A stretch of 64,000 nt of DNA from an uncultured Anaerolineales bacterium. Its GTDB lineage: Bacteria; Chloroflexota; Anaerolineae; B4-G1. The position numbers and the translations under genes were made by a program. The stretch spans positions 5,641 through 69,640 of the forward strand of contig CAZGSX010000002.1 of NCBI GenBank assembly GCA_964528475.1, written 5' to 3'. Below the pieces are notes generated by a model that searched no databases, was not told the DNA's origin, and was given only the letters and a program-made list of their open reading frames with translations. This document shows positions 20,800 through 31,741 of this stretch, in pieces. How positions within the stretch are numbered: position 1 is the stretch's first letter; each line of letters opens with the position of its first letter.

Positions 20800-21852
20800 A
20801 TGCCGTTGAACGATAGAGCGCGCATCATTCTATTCTGGATCACCATCGTGCTCATGCTTGGTGTCGCCGTGTTGGCGGCCGTGACCATACTGAGAGCGTG
20901 TGGCGGATTGCCCACGCGATCCGAGCCGCAGCTCTCCATCACACCGGGCGAGGTTACTCTCTGCCCCGGTGAGCAGCAGCAGTTCGCGGTGACAGGCGAT
21001 CTGGAGGTGAGATGGGAAGCGACTGGCGGCAGTATCACTGGGGATGGAGTCTTCACCGCTGGGGACAGCCCCGGCGATTACGCGGTCTCCGCCACTCGCG
21101 AGGAGTCTGGCAGGGTGGCGGGAGCCGTTGTGCACATCGTGGACTGCACGCCGACCCCCACTGCCACACCCCCGCCCACTCTTCCCGCCACGGACACGCC
21201 AGAGCCGGAGCCCACACCTGAACCTACAACTCCAGCAGCGGTACGTCCGGATCCGCAGGGAGACATCGGCACATACGAGACCGCGGACCCCGTCGAGTCA
21301 CCTCCGAGCGGCGTCGATATCGCCGCTGCCAGCATAGGCCCTGACCTGCTCATCTCTCTCGAACCCGGCGATGACGTGCCGGAGGAGTTGGACGGTTGGT
21401 CTGAGGAAGGCGAAGGCCTGCTGTGGATGTCGCTCTATGACGCCATTCCTGACCCACCCCCCGCCTACATGAACTGGCTTTTCGTCGTCGACGCTGACGG
21501 CAATATGGGAACCGGGCGTCCCGTGGATAGCGCACGCATCAATCCCGACCTTGGAGACGAGATCGCGATCGGCGTCAGCTATGACGCAACCACGGAGACC
21601 TACGAGTCCTACTCGCTGGTCTGGGACACAGAGGATGGCACTTGGGCCGCGGGGCCGGAGGTCCGTTACACCTTCGGTGAGTCTCGAACAGTAGTTGGGC
21701 TGGCCGTCTCTATGGAGGGATTGGAGGAGGCCGTCGCCCAGACAGAAGCTGGTTCGCTGGAACCGGGAGAGGCAAAAGGACGCGCGGCAGCTGAGACATA
21801 TCTGGTCGATGAGACGCGCGTCATCGACTTCTATCCCAACCTTCCCGACTAG
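20800..21852 (+). CDS. hypothetical membrane-anchored secreted protein (Big_2-like domain, Pro/Thr-rich linker, unknown C-terminal domain)
   Basis: N-terminal TM anchor. An Ig-like stretch (QLSITPGEVTLCPGEQQQFAVTG). Linker TPTPTATPPPTLPATDTPEPEPTPEPTTP. ATG preceded by GGAGGGT. Confidence 0.55.
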   Translation: MPLNDRARIILFWITIVLMLGVAVLAAVTILRACGGLPTRSEPQLSITPGEVTLCPGEQQQFAVTGDLEVRWEATGGSITGDGVFTAGDSPGDYAVSATREESGRVAGAVVHIVDCTPTPTATPPPTLPATDTPEPEPTPEPTTPAAVRPDPQGDIGTYETADPVESPPSGVDIAAASIGPDLLISLEPGDDVPEELDGWSEEGEGLLWMSLYDAIPDPPPAYMNWLFVVDADGNMGTGRPVDSARINPDLGDEIAIGVSYDATTETYESYSLVWDTEDGTWAAGPEVRYTFGESRTVVGLAVSMEGLEEAVAQTEAGSLEPGEAKGRAAAETYLVDETRVIDFYPNLPD

Positions 21853-22045
21853 GTTGACAGAGATGATTATGAGGCTGACAGGCTTGGATGACCAGCACCT
21901 GGATGTCCAAGGAGACAAGCTTGGTACTCATCGCGGTCGAGAGGTTTATCCGCCATAGCCGACCGAGTGGCATAGGCCACCTCAGCGCCAACAAGAGGTA
22001 GATTCGGGAACACCATTCACTGCGCCTTGAAGATCATATCATTTC

Positions 22046-22078
22046 AAGACGCCGCCTCCATTGGTGAGGCGGCGTCTT
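22046..22078. terminator. strong hairpin (13-bp perfect stem, 7-nt loop) between convergent genes
   Basis: aagacgccgcctc-cattggt-gaggcggcgtctt. Lies between the end of the 20800..21852 gene and the end of the ornithine aminotransferase gene. Confidence 0.5.
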
Positions 22079-22167
22079 GGCTTAACCGCAGCTTGACCAG
22101 CAGACGAACCTAGCCCTGGATTGGGGAAGCGGCGATGGGTCAAGGGAACACCGACGGTCCCTCCAGC

Positions 22168-23406
22168 CTACGCCATCATCAACACCTCCCTGATCCGCTC
22201 GAGTACCCAGTCCAACTCCTCTTCGCTGATCACCAACGGCGGAGCCAGCCGAATCACGTTCCCATGAGTGTCCTTGGCCAACACGCCACGTTCCTGCAAT
22301 GCCTCGCAGAAGCGTCGCGCGCCCCCTGCCGAGGGCTGCAACACAATACCGACGAAAAGCCCTTTTCCTCGGTACAGACGTACGTGTGGGCTCTCGATCT
22401 CTCGGAGGCCTGCCATCAGATAGGCCCCCAGCTCAGCCGAACGCTGACATAGCTCCTCGTCGACGATCACCCTGAGCGCCTCCCGCGCGACGGCGCACGC
22501 CAGCGGATTCCCTCCGAACGTCGATCCGTGATCGCCAGGGTTGAAGACTCCCAAGACTTCCTGCGAGGAGAGGACCGCCGACACGGGGTACATCCCGCCA
22601 GAGAGCGCCTTCCCCAGCATGACCACGTCCGGCCTCACGTCCTCGTGTTCGCAGGCTAGCAGCTTCCCGGTGCGTCCCAGCCCGCTCTGGATCTCATCCG
22701 CCATCAGGAGGATCTCGTGACGCGAGCAGATCTCCCGGGCGCGGCGAAGATACCCAGAGGGAGGGACAACCACGCCCCCTTCGCCCTGTATTGGCTCGAC
22801 AAGGAAGCCCACCGTCCTGTCCGTGATTGCCCGCTCCAATGCATCCGCATCTCCGTAGGGAATCAGCTTGAAGCCCGGTGTAAAGGGCCCGAACCCATCC
22901 CGGTACTGCTCACTGGGTGAGAAGCTGATCACGCTGATGCTACGGCCGTGAAAGTTGCCGCTGCAGGCAACGATTTCTGCCTGCCCATCTGGCACACCTG
23001 TCACTGAGTAGCCCCACTTCCGAGCGGCCTTCAGCGCGGTCTCAACCGCCTCGGTGCCAGAGTTCATGGGCAGCATCATCTCATAGCCCATCAGGTCACA
23101 CAGCTCCTTTGCAAGGAGCGGAAGCTGATCGTTCCGAAATGCCCTCGACGTCAGCGCCAGCTTACCAGCCTGATCGACCATGGCCTGAACGATGCGCGGA
23201 TGACAATGGCCCTGGTTCACTGCCGAATAGGCCGACAGGCAGTCCAGATACTTCTCGCCATCCACGTCCCAAACCCAAGGCCCCTCCGCCTTCTCTATGA
23301 CCACATCCAGAGGCGCATAGTTTCGCGCGTTGTACTGGTCCTCTAGAGTGATGTAGCTCGCCGTGCTTGGTGTGTCCACCTTGTATCCCCCCATGCTCGT
23401 GTCCAT
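22168..23406 (-). CDS. rocD: ornithine aminotransferase (class III PLP aminotransferase)
   Basis: 'YNARNYAPLDVV...LSAYSAVNQGHCHP...LTSRAF' closely follows OAT. The N-terminal start is uncertain. Confidence 0.85.
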   Translation of the reverse strand: MDTSMGGYKVDTPSTASYITLEDQYNARNYAPLDVVIEKAEGPWVWDVDGEKYLDCLSAYSAVNQGHCHPRIVQAMVDQAGKLALTSRAFRNDQLPLLAKELCDLMGYEMMLPMNSGTEAVETALKAARKWGYSVTGVPDGQAEIVACSGNFHGRSISVISFSPSEQYRDGFGPFTPGFKLIPYGDADALERAITDRTVGFLVEPIQGEGGVVVPPSGYLRRAREICSRHEILLMADEIQSGLGRTGKLLACEHEDVRPDVVMLGKALSGGMYPVSAVLSSQEVLGVFNPGDHGSTFGGNPLACAVAREALRVIVDEELCQRSAELGAYLMAGLREIESPHVRLYRGKGLFVGIVLQPSAGGARRFCEALQERGVLAKDTHGNVIRLAPPLVISEEELDWVLERIREVLMMA

Positions 23407-23848
23407 GCGTCCCGGAAACATGCCGAGCCTCCCGTCAACTCCCACGTCTGGGGATTGACCTGGTGACCCACCTCAATGGTACTATGAAGGGGAGAATTGG
23501 TGAAGCTCGACACATTGGTTTCACAGCTCGCACGCTGCCCGCCCATTGCGGAGGACCCGGGCGGCGGAGACAAGCAACGAGTTATGGTCTTCGGGGGTAT
23601 CAGAGCCGAGACACGGAGGCTATCGCGGGATTCAAAGACGCGCCACCTCGCGCCGGGGCGAGGCGCTTAGAAACTGGCTGACAATATCAGTTTGACAACT
23701 GTTTGCGTGAAAGGGGTAAGAACCGGGGCTCACTGTCCGAGTTACCCAGGCCTCTCAAGACCGGAGCTAAGAATGTTGGCGTCTACGGCACGATCGCGTC
23801 CGACACTCCTGCAACCTCGGTGCAGCGACTACTAATCTTCAATCGCTG

Positions 23849-23857
23849 TGGTATAAT
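23849..23857 (+). promoter_or_regulatory. extended -10 element (TGgTATAAT) 10 nt upstream of the dnaE ATG
   Basis: Sequence match only. It implies a leaderless or near-leaderless dnaE mRNA. Confidence 0.35.
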
Positions 23858-23866
23858 AATTCGTCA

Positions 23867-26800
23867 ATGGCTGACTTCGTCCATCTCCATGTCCATAGTG
23901 AATACTCCCTCCTGGACGGCTTGAGCAGTTGTGGTGAGCTGGCAGAGCGCGCTGCCGAGTTAGGCATGCCGGCTCTGGCCCTGACCGATCATGGCGCTAT
24001 GTATGGTGCCATACGGTTCTATAAGGCCTGCAAGGCGGCTGGTATCAAGCCCATCATTGGCATGGAGGCCTACGTTGCTCCTCGCGGACGCCAGGATCGA
24101 GACCCTCAGCGCGACCGTAGCCCTTATCACTTGGTTCTGCTGGCGCAGGATGGTGTCGGATATCAGAACCTGATTCAGCTGGCCACCATAGCTCAGCTGG
24201 AGGGATTCTACTACAAACCTCGAATCGATCGCCAGGTCCTCGAGGAGCACCATGAAGGTCTGATCGTTCTCTCAGGCTGCGGTTCATCCGAGCTAGCCCG
24301 TTGTCTGAAGAAAGGGCAACGTGAAAGAGCTCGCGAGGTCATTGCCTGGTACAAGCAGGTATTCGGCGACCGCTACTACCTCGAACTGCAGGACCACGGC
24401 ATTCCTGAGTTGGCACAGGTCAATGAGCATCTGGTTCAACTGAGCCGCGAACTGTGGGTGCCGTTAGTAGCAACCAACGATGTGCACTATGCGCGTCGAG
24501 ATGAGGCATCCATCCACGACGTGCTGCTCTGCATCCAGACGGGGAAGACGATTACCGAGACAGACCGAATGCAGATGGACGGGGAAAGCTTCTACCTCAA
24601 GAGTGCAAAGGAGATGGAGGCACTCTTCGCCGATGTGCCCGACGCGTTGAGCAATACGCTGGAGATCGCAGAACGATGCAGTGTCGAGCTCACCTTCGGC
24701 GATTATCACCTTCCCGTATTTGGTGTCCCAGAGGGATATGACGCACAGTCCTATCTGCGCCACTTGTGTGAAGAAGGGCTACGTGAGCGCTATAGCGAGA
24801 TCACCCCTGCCATCCGCGAGAGGCTAGACTACGAGCTGGACGTGATCCACGGGATGGGCTTCGACACGTACTTCCTCATTGTCTGGGATCTGTGCCGCTT
24901 CTGCCGGGAAGAGGATATCTGGTGGAATGTACGTGGATCTGGGGCGAGCTCTATCGTCGCTTACAGCCTGTTTGTCACGAATCTCGAGCCCTTGGACCAG
25001 AATCTGATCTTCGAGCGGTTTCTCAACGAGGGCCGGGTCACCATGCCCGACATCGATCTCGACTATCCTGACGATCAGCGAGAGCATCTTATCCGCTACA
25101 CCATCGACAAGTATGGACAGGATCAAGTCGCGCAGATCATCACCTTCGGAACGATGGGAGCGAAAGCCGCGATTCGTGATGCGGGACGAGCACTGGATTA
25201 CCCTCTGTCGGAGGTCGATCGCGTCGCCCGGCTGGTACCAGGAGGGCCTGGCGTTAAGCTGGACGAAGCCCTGAGAAGCGTGCCCGATCTTCGTGCGCAG
25301 TACAAGGAACAAGAGCACATCCGTCGGCTGATCGATACTGCTCGCGGTGTGGAAGGCAACATCCGTCATGCCAGCACGCATGCCGCTGGAGTCATTGTTT
25401 CCGACCTCCCGCTAGTGAACTACACGCCCCTGCGGCGACCCACCAGCGGCAGCAGTGACGAGCAGATAAGAGCCGTGACTCAATACACCATGTCGGAGGC
25501 AGAGGAGCTAGGTCTGCTTAAGATCGATTTTCTTGGGCTGGCCACCCTCACTGCGATGCGAGTTGCCTGCGAGATCGTTAAAGAACGACACGGCGTGGAT
25601 CTAAACCTGCTCACCATCCCGCGCGATGACCCGATTGTCTACGACCTCCTTTCGCAGGGCAATGTCATGGGTGTTTTCCAGGTCGAGAGCCAGGGAATGC
25701 GACGCACCCTGATGAAGATGCAGCCGCACAAGTTCGAGCATGTGATGGCCGCCATCAGCCTCTACCGTCCAGGCCCCATGGAGTACATTGACGACTACAT
25801 CGACCGCCTGCATGGCAAGAAGGCCGCGGAGTATCGACACGCCAGCCTAGAGCCAATCCTCGAAGAGACTTTCGGAATCATTGTCTACCAGGAACAGATC
25901 ATCCGTATTCTGACGGACATCGCGGGCTACACAGCTGGGGAGGCGGATCTCGTTCGCAGAGCAGTGGGCAAGAAGAAGAAGAAAGCTCTGCTGAAGCATC
26001 GTACCACCTTTGTCGAGGGTACGGTTGCGCGCAGCGGCCTCCGTCGCGAAACAGCTGAGGCCATCTTCGACGATATCGAGTACTTCGCCCGTTACGGCTT
26101 CAACAAGAGCCACGCCGCCGACTACGCGGTCCTGACCTGCCAAACGGCCTACCTGAAAGCGCAGTATCCAACGGAGTATATGACCGCCCTGCTGACCGTC
26201 GAACGGAGCAATACCGACAAGGTCAGCCGCTTTATCGACGAATGCCGCCGCATGGGCATCGAGGTGCTTCCTCCCGATGTCAACGTGTCTGGGCTGGGGT
26301 TCACAATCGAGGAGAAGCGCGACGAACCTGTCGCCATCCGCTTTGGTCTCGGAGCGATCAAGAACGTGGGGGAGGGACCGGTCGAGGCCATCGTGCGGGC
26401 CCGTGAGCAAGAGGGACCTTTCAGAGATTTGGACGATTTCTGCCGCCGAGTGGATCTCCGAGACGTCAACCGTCGTGCTTTGGAGAGTCTTATTCAGGTC
26501 GGTGCCCTGGAGCCTTTCGGCAAGCGGGCTCAGCTGCTACCCATCGCCGATCGGATCATTGGCCTGAGCGCCAGCATTCACCGAGCGCAGGATGCTGGTC
26601 AGTTGAGCATGTTCAGCGACACCACCGGGGTCCACTTAGCAGCAGAGGAGACTATTCTCCCGGCAGTTGATGCGGTGCCGGACATTCCGCAGAAAGAAGT
26701 GCTTTCGTGGGAGAGGGAACTCGTAGGGATTTACATCTCTGAACACCCTCTCACACAGGTGCTAGCCCGATTGGACGATGTTCTATCCGGTTCTCTTGCA

Positions 26801-27508
26801 ACGCTCGATGAGGAGAGGAGTGGGGAACAGGTGACGGTAGCCGGTATGGTGCAGCGTGTCCACCGTCACACGACGAAGAAGGGCAACGAGATGGCATTTG
26901 TGACGCTCGAAGATGTGCAAGGTAGCTGCAACGTCGTCATCTTCCCGAATATCTGGAAGAAAACCAAACATCTTTGGCACGCGGAGCGGATCGTCGTCGT
27001 GAACGGCAAGGTGGACACAAGTCGTCGAGACGAGCCAAGCTTGCTCTGCAGCTGGGTAAAGCTACCGCAAGACATTCAGTCAGCCGCCTCTGGTGACGCA
27101 ACAGGCGTCGAGCGGGTCCATTCAGAGAGGGCAACAGCTGCAGGCAAGGAACATCTGTCGAGGAAGCGAGCGGGGGACCCTGGCCCGAATACATCTGTGA
27201 TACAGGATGTCCAACGGTCGCGCTCAAGCGCGCAGCCCAAAGGGGGACAGCCACGCACCGTCCGCGTGACGCTACCCCGGACGGGCGATCAATCCGAGGA
27301 CAAGCACAAGCTGAGAGAGATTCACAACTGCCTCACTAATTACGATGGTCAGGATCATTTCGTCATCCATCTAGCTGCCGGCAGAGGAAAGAGCGTTGAG
27401 CTGAGATTTCCGAACCAAGGCACGTCCTGCTGTCCGGCATTGCTTGCCGATCTCGAGGCCCTGGTCGGGCCAAGCGCGGTGCAAATAGAGGATCATCCGC
27501 CGCACTAA
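23867..27508 (+). CDS. dnaE: DNA polymerase III alpha subunit
   Basis: PHP domain 'HLHVHSEYSLLDG', polymerase core motifs, 1213 aa. Confidence 0.95.
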   Translation: MADFVHLHVHSEYSLLDGLSSCGELAERAAELGMPALALTDHGAMYGAIRFYKACKAAGIKPIIGMEAYVAPRGRQDRDPQRDRSPYHLVLLAQDGVGYQNLIQLATIAQLEGFYYKPRIDRQVLEEHHEGLIVLSGCGSSELARCLKKGQRERAREVIAWYKQVFGDRYYLELQDHGIPELAQVNEHLVQLSRELWVPLVATNDVHYARRDEASIHDVLLCIQTGKTITETDRMQMDGESFYLKSAKEMEALFADVPDALSNTLEIAERCSVELTFGDYHLPVFGVPEGYDAQSYLRHLCEEGLRERYSEITPAIRERLDYELDVIHGMGFDTYFLIVWDLCRFCREEDIWWNVRGSGASSIVAYSLFVTNLEPLDQNLIFERFLNEGRVTMPDIDLDYPDDQREHLIRYTIDKYGQDQVAQIITFGTMGAKAAIRDAGRALDYPLSEVDRVARLVPGGPGVKLDEALRSVPDLRAQYKEQEHIRRLIDTARGVEGNIRHASTHAAGVIVSDLPLVNYTPLRRPTSGSSDEQIRAVTQYTMSEAEELGLLKIDFLGLATLTAMRVACEIVKERHGVDLNLLTIPRDDPIVYDLLSQGNVMGVFQVESQGMRRTLMKMQPHKFEHVMAAISLYRPGPMEYIDDYIDRLHGKKAAEYRHASLEPILEETFGIIVYQEQIIRILTDIAGYTAGEADLVRRAVGKKKKKALLKHRTTFVEGTVARSGLRRETAEAIFDDIEYFARYGFNKSHAADYAVLTCQTAYLKAQYPTEYMTALLTVERSNTDKVSRFIDECRRMGIEVLPPDVNVSGLGFTIEEKRDEPVAIRFGLGAIKNVGEGPVEAIVRAREQEGPFRDLDDFCRRVDLRDVNRRALESLIQVGALEPFGKRAQLLPIADRIIGLSASIHRAQDAGQLSMFSDTTGVHLAAEETILPAVDAVPDIPQKEVLSWERELVGIYISEHPLTQVLARLDDVLSGSLATLDEERSGEQVTVAGMVQRVHRHTTKKGNEMAFVTLEDVQGSCNVVIFPNIWKKTKHLWHAERIVVVNGKVDTSRRDEPSLLCSWVKLPQDIQSAASGDATGVERVHSERATAAGKEHLSRKRAGDPGPNTSVIQDVQRSRSSAQPKGGQPRTVRVTLPRTGDQSEDKHKLREIHNCLTNYDGQDHFVIHLAAGRGKSVELRFPNQGTSCCPALLADLEALVGPSAVQIEDHPPH

Positions 27509-27524
27509 GGAAGATGAGGAGATC

Positions 27525-28841
27525 TTGAATTATCAGCCAAGCATTGAGGAGGAGAGCATGAGCACAAAGTCGAACAAGAAGAAGCTAGCTATCATCGTGA
27601 GCGGCGGACCAGCCCCAGGCATTAACGGCGTCATCCATTCAGCCACTATCCAGGCACGTACGTCCGGTTACGAAGTGATTGGGGTCTATGACGGGTTTAA
27701 GCATCTGATGGAGGGTGAGCTTGTTGCCAAGCCTCTCACTATCGACGATGTGAGCCGCATCTACCTCGATGGGGGATCCATCCTGCGCACATCGCGAGCC
27801 AACCCGACGCGCGAAGAAGAATCACTGCGAAGATGCAGCAACGTGCTCACGAAGGCCGATATCGGCTACCTGCTGGTCATTGGCGGCGACGATACAGCCT
27901 ACGCGGCTTACTCTGTGGCTCGGTATGCGCAGGAACACATGGGGGCGAATATCCAGATTGCCCACGCCCCTAAGACCATCGACAACGATCTGCCCCTTCC
28001 AGACGAGATCAACACCTTCGGTTACGAGACAGCTCGGGAGGTAGGTACTCGGATCACCACAAGCCTGATGGAGGAAGCCCTGACGGGACTTCGCTGGTTC
28101 GTCGTGGTGACGATGGGCCGTAAGACGGGCCACCTAGCGCTGGGAATTGGCAAGAGCTCCGGTGCGACACTCACCCTGATCCCCGAGGAGTGGGAAGGAC
28201 GAACCATTCGGATGCAGGAGGTGGTCGATATCCTGGTCACGTCCATCCTCAAACGTATGGCCGATGACAAGCCCTATGGTGTCGCCCTGGTCTCCGAGGG
28301 CGTGATGGAGCATATGTCCCATCAAGATCTCCGAGAACTGGATTACGTGGAGCGTGATGCCTTTGGTAACGTACACCTCTCGGAGATTAACTTCTCCGAC
28401 ATCCTAAAGCGTGAACTGGATAACGAGCTGGAGAAGCTCGATATCCCGGTCAGAGTCACAAGCAAAGACCTGGGGTACGAGCTGCGCTGCACTGATCCCG
28501 TGGCGTGCGATATCGACTACACGCGCAGTCTGGGAGAAGCAGCTGTAGCCTTCCTGCTAGATGGCGGCACGAACGCTACGGTCACCATCCAGGGGACAAA
28601 GGTGGTGCCCATTCCCTTGGACGAGATGATGGATCCCGAGACGGGACGAACGGAGATCAGAAAGGTCAATCTCGATTCCTTCATCTACCGCTCAGCCTAC
28701 GGGCTCATGCTCCGTCTCAAGCCGGAAGACGCAGAGGACGAGCAGCTGCTCACTCGAATGGCGGAGCACTCCCATCTCTCTGTGGAGGCGTTCAAGGAGC
28801 GATTCGGGTATCTGCTCAACCTGCAGCCCCGTCCTTTCTAG
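27525..28841 (+). CDS. 6-phosphofructokinase, long form with PPi-type signature residues (GGDDT and PKTIDND)
   Basis: PFK fold motifs. Asp in GGDD and Lys in PKTIDND at the positions that distinguish PPi- from ATP-dependent PFKs. Confidence 0.8.
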   Translation: MNYQPSIEEESMSTKSNKKKLAIIVSGGPAPGINGVIHSATIQARTSGYEVIGVYDGFKHLMEGELVAKPLTIDDVSRIYLDGGSILRTSRANPTREEESLRRCSNVLTKADIGYLLVIGGDDTAYAAYSVARYAQEHMGANIQIAHAPKTIDNDLPLPDEINTFGYETAREVGTRITTSLMEEALTGLRWFVVVTMGRKTGHLALGIGKSSGATLTLIPEEWEGRTIRMQEVVDILVTSILKRMADDKPYGVALVSEGVMEHMSHQDLRELDYVERDAFGNVHLSEINFSDILKRELDNELEKLDIPVRVTSKDLGYELRCTDPVACDIDYTRSLGEAAVAFLLDGGTNATVTIQGTKVVPIPLDEMMDPETGRTEIRKVNLDSFIYRSAYGLMLRLKPEDAEDEQLLTRMAEHSHLSVEAFKERFGYLLNLQPRPF

Positions 28842-28930
28842 GATACTAGCCTTGCCGCGGTCCTGAGCCGCGTTCGGCAGGACCGTGATGGCAAAAGCAT
28901 CTCAAGACACGTAGTCTTCAGGAGGCAATA

Positions 28931-29902
28931 ATGGACCGAATAGGCGTTCTCACCAGCGGGGGGGACAACCCCGGCCTCAACCCGTGCATCCGCGCCGTGG
29001 TGCGCATGGGCCTGGACCAAGGCTTGGAAGTCATGGGGATCCGCCGGGGCTACGCGGGCTTGATCGGCGGAGAGATCTCCTCCATGGATGCCAGGTCGGT
29101 AGGCGGCATCCTCGGTCGCGGCGGTACGATCCTCGGCACCGCGCGAGCCCCGGAGTTCAAAGAGCCTCAAGGCAGACGACAGGCAATTCGCACGCTGAAC
29201 CGCTTTGAGATCGACGGGCTGGTCGTCATAGGCGGCAACGGGTCCTTAACCGGGGCTCTGGAGCTTCACCGGTTGGACTTCCCCACCATCGGCATTCCCA
29301 GCACCATCGACAATGATATCAACGGGACTGACATCTCCATTGGGGTAGATACCGCGCTGAACACGATCTTAGGAGCGATCGACAAGATCAAGGACACAGC
29401 GTCCTCCCACAACCGGGCCTTCCTGATTGAGACGATGGGCCGCAACTCAGGCTATCTCGCGCTGGCCAGCGGCTTGGCGGGGGGAGCGGAACTGGTCCTG
29501 TGCCCGGAGATAGAGACCGAAGTGGAAGAGGTGGCCGATACTGTCGAAGAGTCGTACATGCGAGGCAAGGCCCACGCCATCATTGTCGTGGCCGAAGGGT
29601 GGAAGCCTGGCACTGACTACATCGCAGAAGAGCTGGAAAAGCGCAAGGAGAAACTCGGCTTCTCAGTGCGCGTCACCCGGCTGGGTCACGTGCAGCGGGG
29701 AGGATCGCCGAGTGCGTTTGACCGGATCCTGGCCACCCGGTTGGGCGCAAAGGCCGTCGAGCAACTGATAGAGGGAAACTCTGGCGACATGGTCGGCTGG
29801 CTGCATAGCGACTTCCACTTCACCCCCCTGGAGGAGGCCGTTGCCTATCAGAAGGAACTCGACCGGGACCTGTACGACCTGTCCGTCATCATGAACAAGT
29901 AG
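28931..29902 (+). CDS. pfkA: 6-phosphofructokinase, short (PfkA-like) form
   Basis: 'GVLTSGGDNPGLN', 'GGNGS', 'TIDNDI', 'MGR' and 323 aa. Unusual N in GGNGS and S in PSTIDND. Confidence 0.85.
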   Translation: MDRIGVLTSGGDNPGLNPCIRAVVRMGLDQGLEVMGIRRGYAGLIGGEISSMDARSVGGILGRGGTILGTARAPEFKEPQGRRQAIRTLNRFEIDGLVVIGGNGSLTGALELHRLDFPTIGIPSTIDNDINGTDISIGVDTALNTILGAIDKIKDTASSHNRAFLIETMGRNSGYLALASGLAGGAELVLCPEIETEVEEVADTVEESYMRGKAHAIIVVAEGWKPGTDYIAEELEKRKEKLGFSVRVTRLGHVQRGGSPSAFDRILATRLGAKAVEQLIEGNSGDMVGWLHSDFHFTPLEEAVAYQKELDRDLYDLSVIMNK

Positions 29903-30070
29903 GCTATGGCTGTTGCAGACCCTAGAGGTTCTCGAGAGCGTGCTTGAGGCCTTTGAGGATAGCCGTCCCCGACTCAAGGCGGGTGACTAGCACGCTGTAA
30001 AGCGGAATTCCTAGGGTCTCTCCGCCTCGTCTTTATTCCGGCATGGCTGGGCCACCCCAGGGTGGCCGGC

Positions 30071-31741
30071 CTAGATCACCATAGGCTCGCGGTAGAGGCC
30101 GAAGGCGTCGCGGAAGACGTCCATGATCTCCTGCAACGTGGCGTACGCACGGACAGCTTGCACGATGTAGGGCATCGTGTTCTCGGTGCCCTGCGCAGCG
30201 ATACGCAGCCGATCCAGGGCCTGCCCCACCGCACCGTTGTCCCGTTCAGAGCGCACCTGTTCGAGTCGCGCACACTGCTTCCTGTACCCCTCAGGGTCCA
30301 GGCGCAGAATTGGGATCCGCGCCGGCTCCTCCTCCGCGTACTCGTTTACGCCGACTATCACCCGTTCTTTCTTGTCAATCTCTCGCTGATAGCGATAGGC
30401 TGCGTCAGCGATCTCCTGCTGAAGGAACCCCTGCTCGATGGCGGGAATCACGCCGCCCAGCGCTTCAATGCTAGCAAAGTAGTCGTACACTTGCTGCTCC
30501 ATGCGGTCGGTGAAAGCCTCGACAGCGTAGGAGCCGCCCAAAGGATCCACCGTGTTGAGGACCCCACTCTCGTGGGCGACGATCTGCTGGGTACGCAGGG
30601 CTATGGTGACAGCGTGCTCACTGGGCAGCGCCAGGGCCTCATCCATGCTGTTCGTGTGCAGCGACTGCGTACCTCCCAGCACCGCTGCCAACGCTTGAAT
30701 TGCCACCCGCACGATGTTGATCTCCGGCTGCTGCGCAGTCAGCGAACAGCCCGCGGTCTGAGTATGGAAGCGCATCCACCAGGAGCGCTCCTCCTGCGCG
30801 CCAAAGGTGTCACGCATCTCTCGCGCCCAGATGCGGCGAGAGGCCCTGAACTTAGCAATCTCCTCCAGGAAATCGTTATGACAGTTGAAGAAGAAGGATA
30901 GCCGCGGCGCAAAGGCATCGATAGCCAGCCCCCGGTCGAGAGCCCAGCGGACATACTCCATGCCATCGGCAAGAGTGAAGGCAAGCTCCTGCGCCGCCGT
31001 GGACCCTGCCTCGCGGATGTGGTACCCTGAAATCGAGACGGTGTTCCAGCGCGGGAGGTTTGCGCTGCCGTACTCAATCGTATCGGTGACCAAGCGCATA
31101 GACGGTTCCGGCGGGAAGACGTACTCCTTCTGCGCGATGTACTCCTTCAAGATGTCGTTCTGAATCGTGCCGCCCAGCTTCTCCATTGGCACGCCCTGTT
31201 TCTCGGCGGCCACAATGTACATGGCCCAGATAACGGCTGCCGGGCTGTTGATGGTCATGGAGGTCGTCACCTTATCCAGCGGAATGCCCTCGAAGAGCAC
31301 CTCCATATCACGGAGCGAGGAGACCGCAACGCCGCACTTGCCGAACTCCCCTTCGGCCTCCGGGGCATCCGTATCATAACCCATCAGCGTCGGAAGATCA
31401 AAGGCCACGGAAAGGCCTGTCTGGCCCTGCTCCAGCAGATACTTGAAGCGCGTATTCGTTTCCTCCGCGGTCCCGAAGCCAGCGAACATGCGCATGGTCC
31501 AGAGACGCCCACGATACATGGTGGCGTGGATCCCGCGGGTGAAGGGATACTGACCAGGAAAGCCTAGATCTTCCATATACTCGCCCTCGACGTGCAGGGG
31601 CGTATACAGCCGCTCCACGGGTTCGCTGGAGCACGTGATGAACTTAGCAGCCCGTTCTGGGTGCCGATTCAGCGCCTCGCGCAGCGGCCCTTCCTCCCAC
31701 TGCCTCTGCGCCCGCTCGAGTTCCTTGTTGTTGATCTCCAC
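30071..31741 (-). CDS. methylmalonyl-CoA mutase family, catalytic (large N-terminal) subunit without a B12-binding domain
   Basis: '[30 protein letters not shown]', typical of the MCM TIM-barrel domain. 556 aa. GTG start preceded by GGGAGGTG. Confidence 0.85.
   Translation of the reverse strand: MEINNKELERAQRQWEEGPLREALNRHPERAAKFITCSSEPVERLYTPLHVEGEYMEDLGFPGQYPFTRGIHATMYRGRLWTMRMFAGFGTAEETNTRFKYLLEQGQTGLSVAFDLPTLMGYDTDAPEAEGEFGKCGVAVSSLRDMEVLFEGIPLDKVTTSMTINSPAAVIWAMYIVAAEKQGVPMEKLGGTIQNDILKEYIAQKEYVFPPEPSMRLVTDTIEYGSANLPRWNTVSISGYHIREAGSTAAQELAFTLADGMEYVRWALDRGLAIDAFAPRLSFFFNCHNDFLEEIAKFRASRRIWAREMRDTFGAQEERSWWMRFHTQTAGCSLTAQQPEINIVRVAIQALAAVLGGTQSLHTNSMDEALALPSEHAVTIALRTQQIVAHESGVLNTVDPLGGSYAVEAFTDRMEQQVYDYFASIEALGGVIPAIEQGFLQQEIADAAYRYQREIDKKERVIVGVNEYAEEEPARIPILRLDPEGYRKQCARLEQVRSERDNGAVGQALDRLRIAAQGTENTMPYIVQAVRAYATLQEIMDVFRDAFGLYREPMVI

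Noticed and set aside
21044-21353. Pro/Ala/Arg-rich alternative-frame ORFs over the Pro/Thr linker of the secreted protein
   Set aside because: They are frame shadows of a compositionally biased linker-coding segment.
24824-26410. Long minus-strand ORFs (185-187 aa) inside dnaE
   Set aside because: They are antisense to a well-supported essential gene, with codon-position GC opposite to expectation. These are typical spurious ORFs in high-GC genes.
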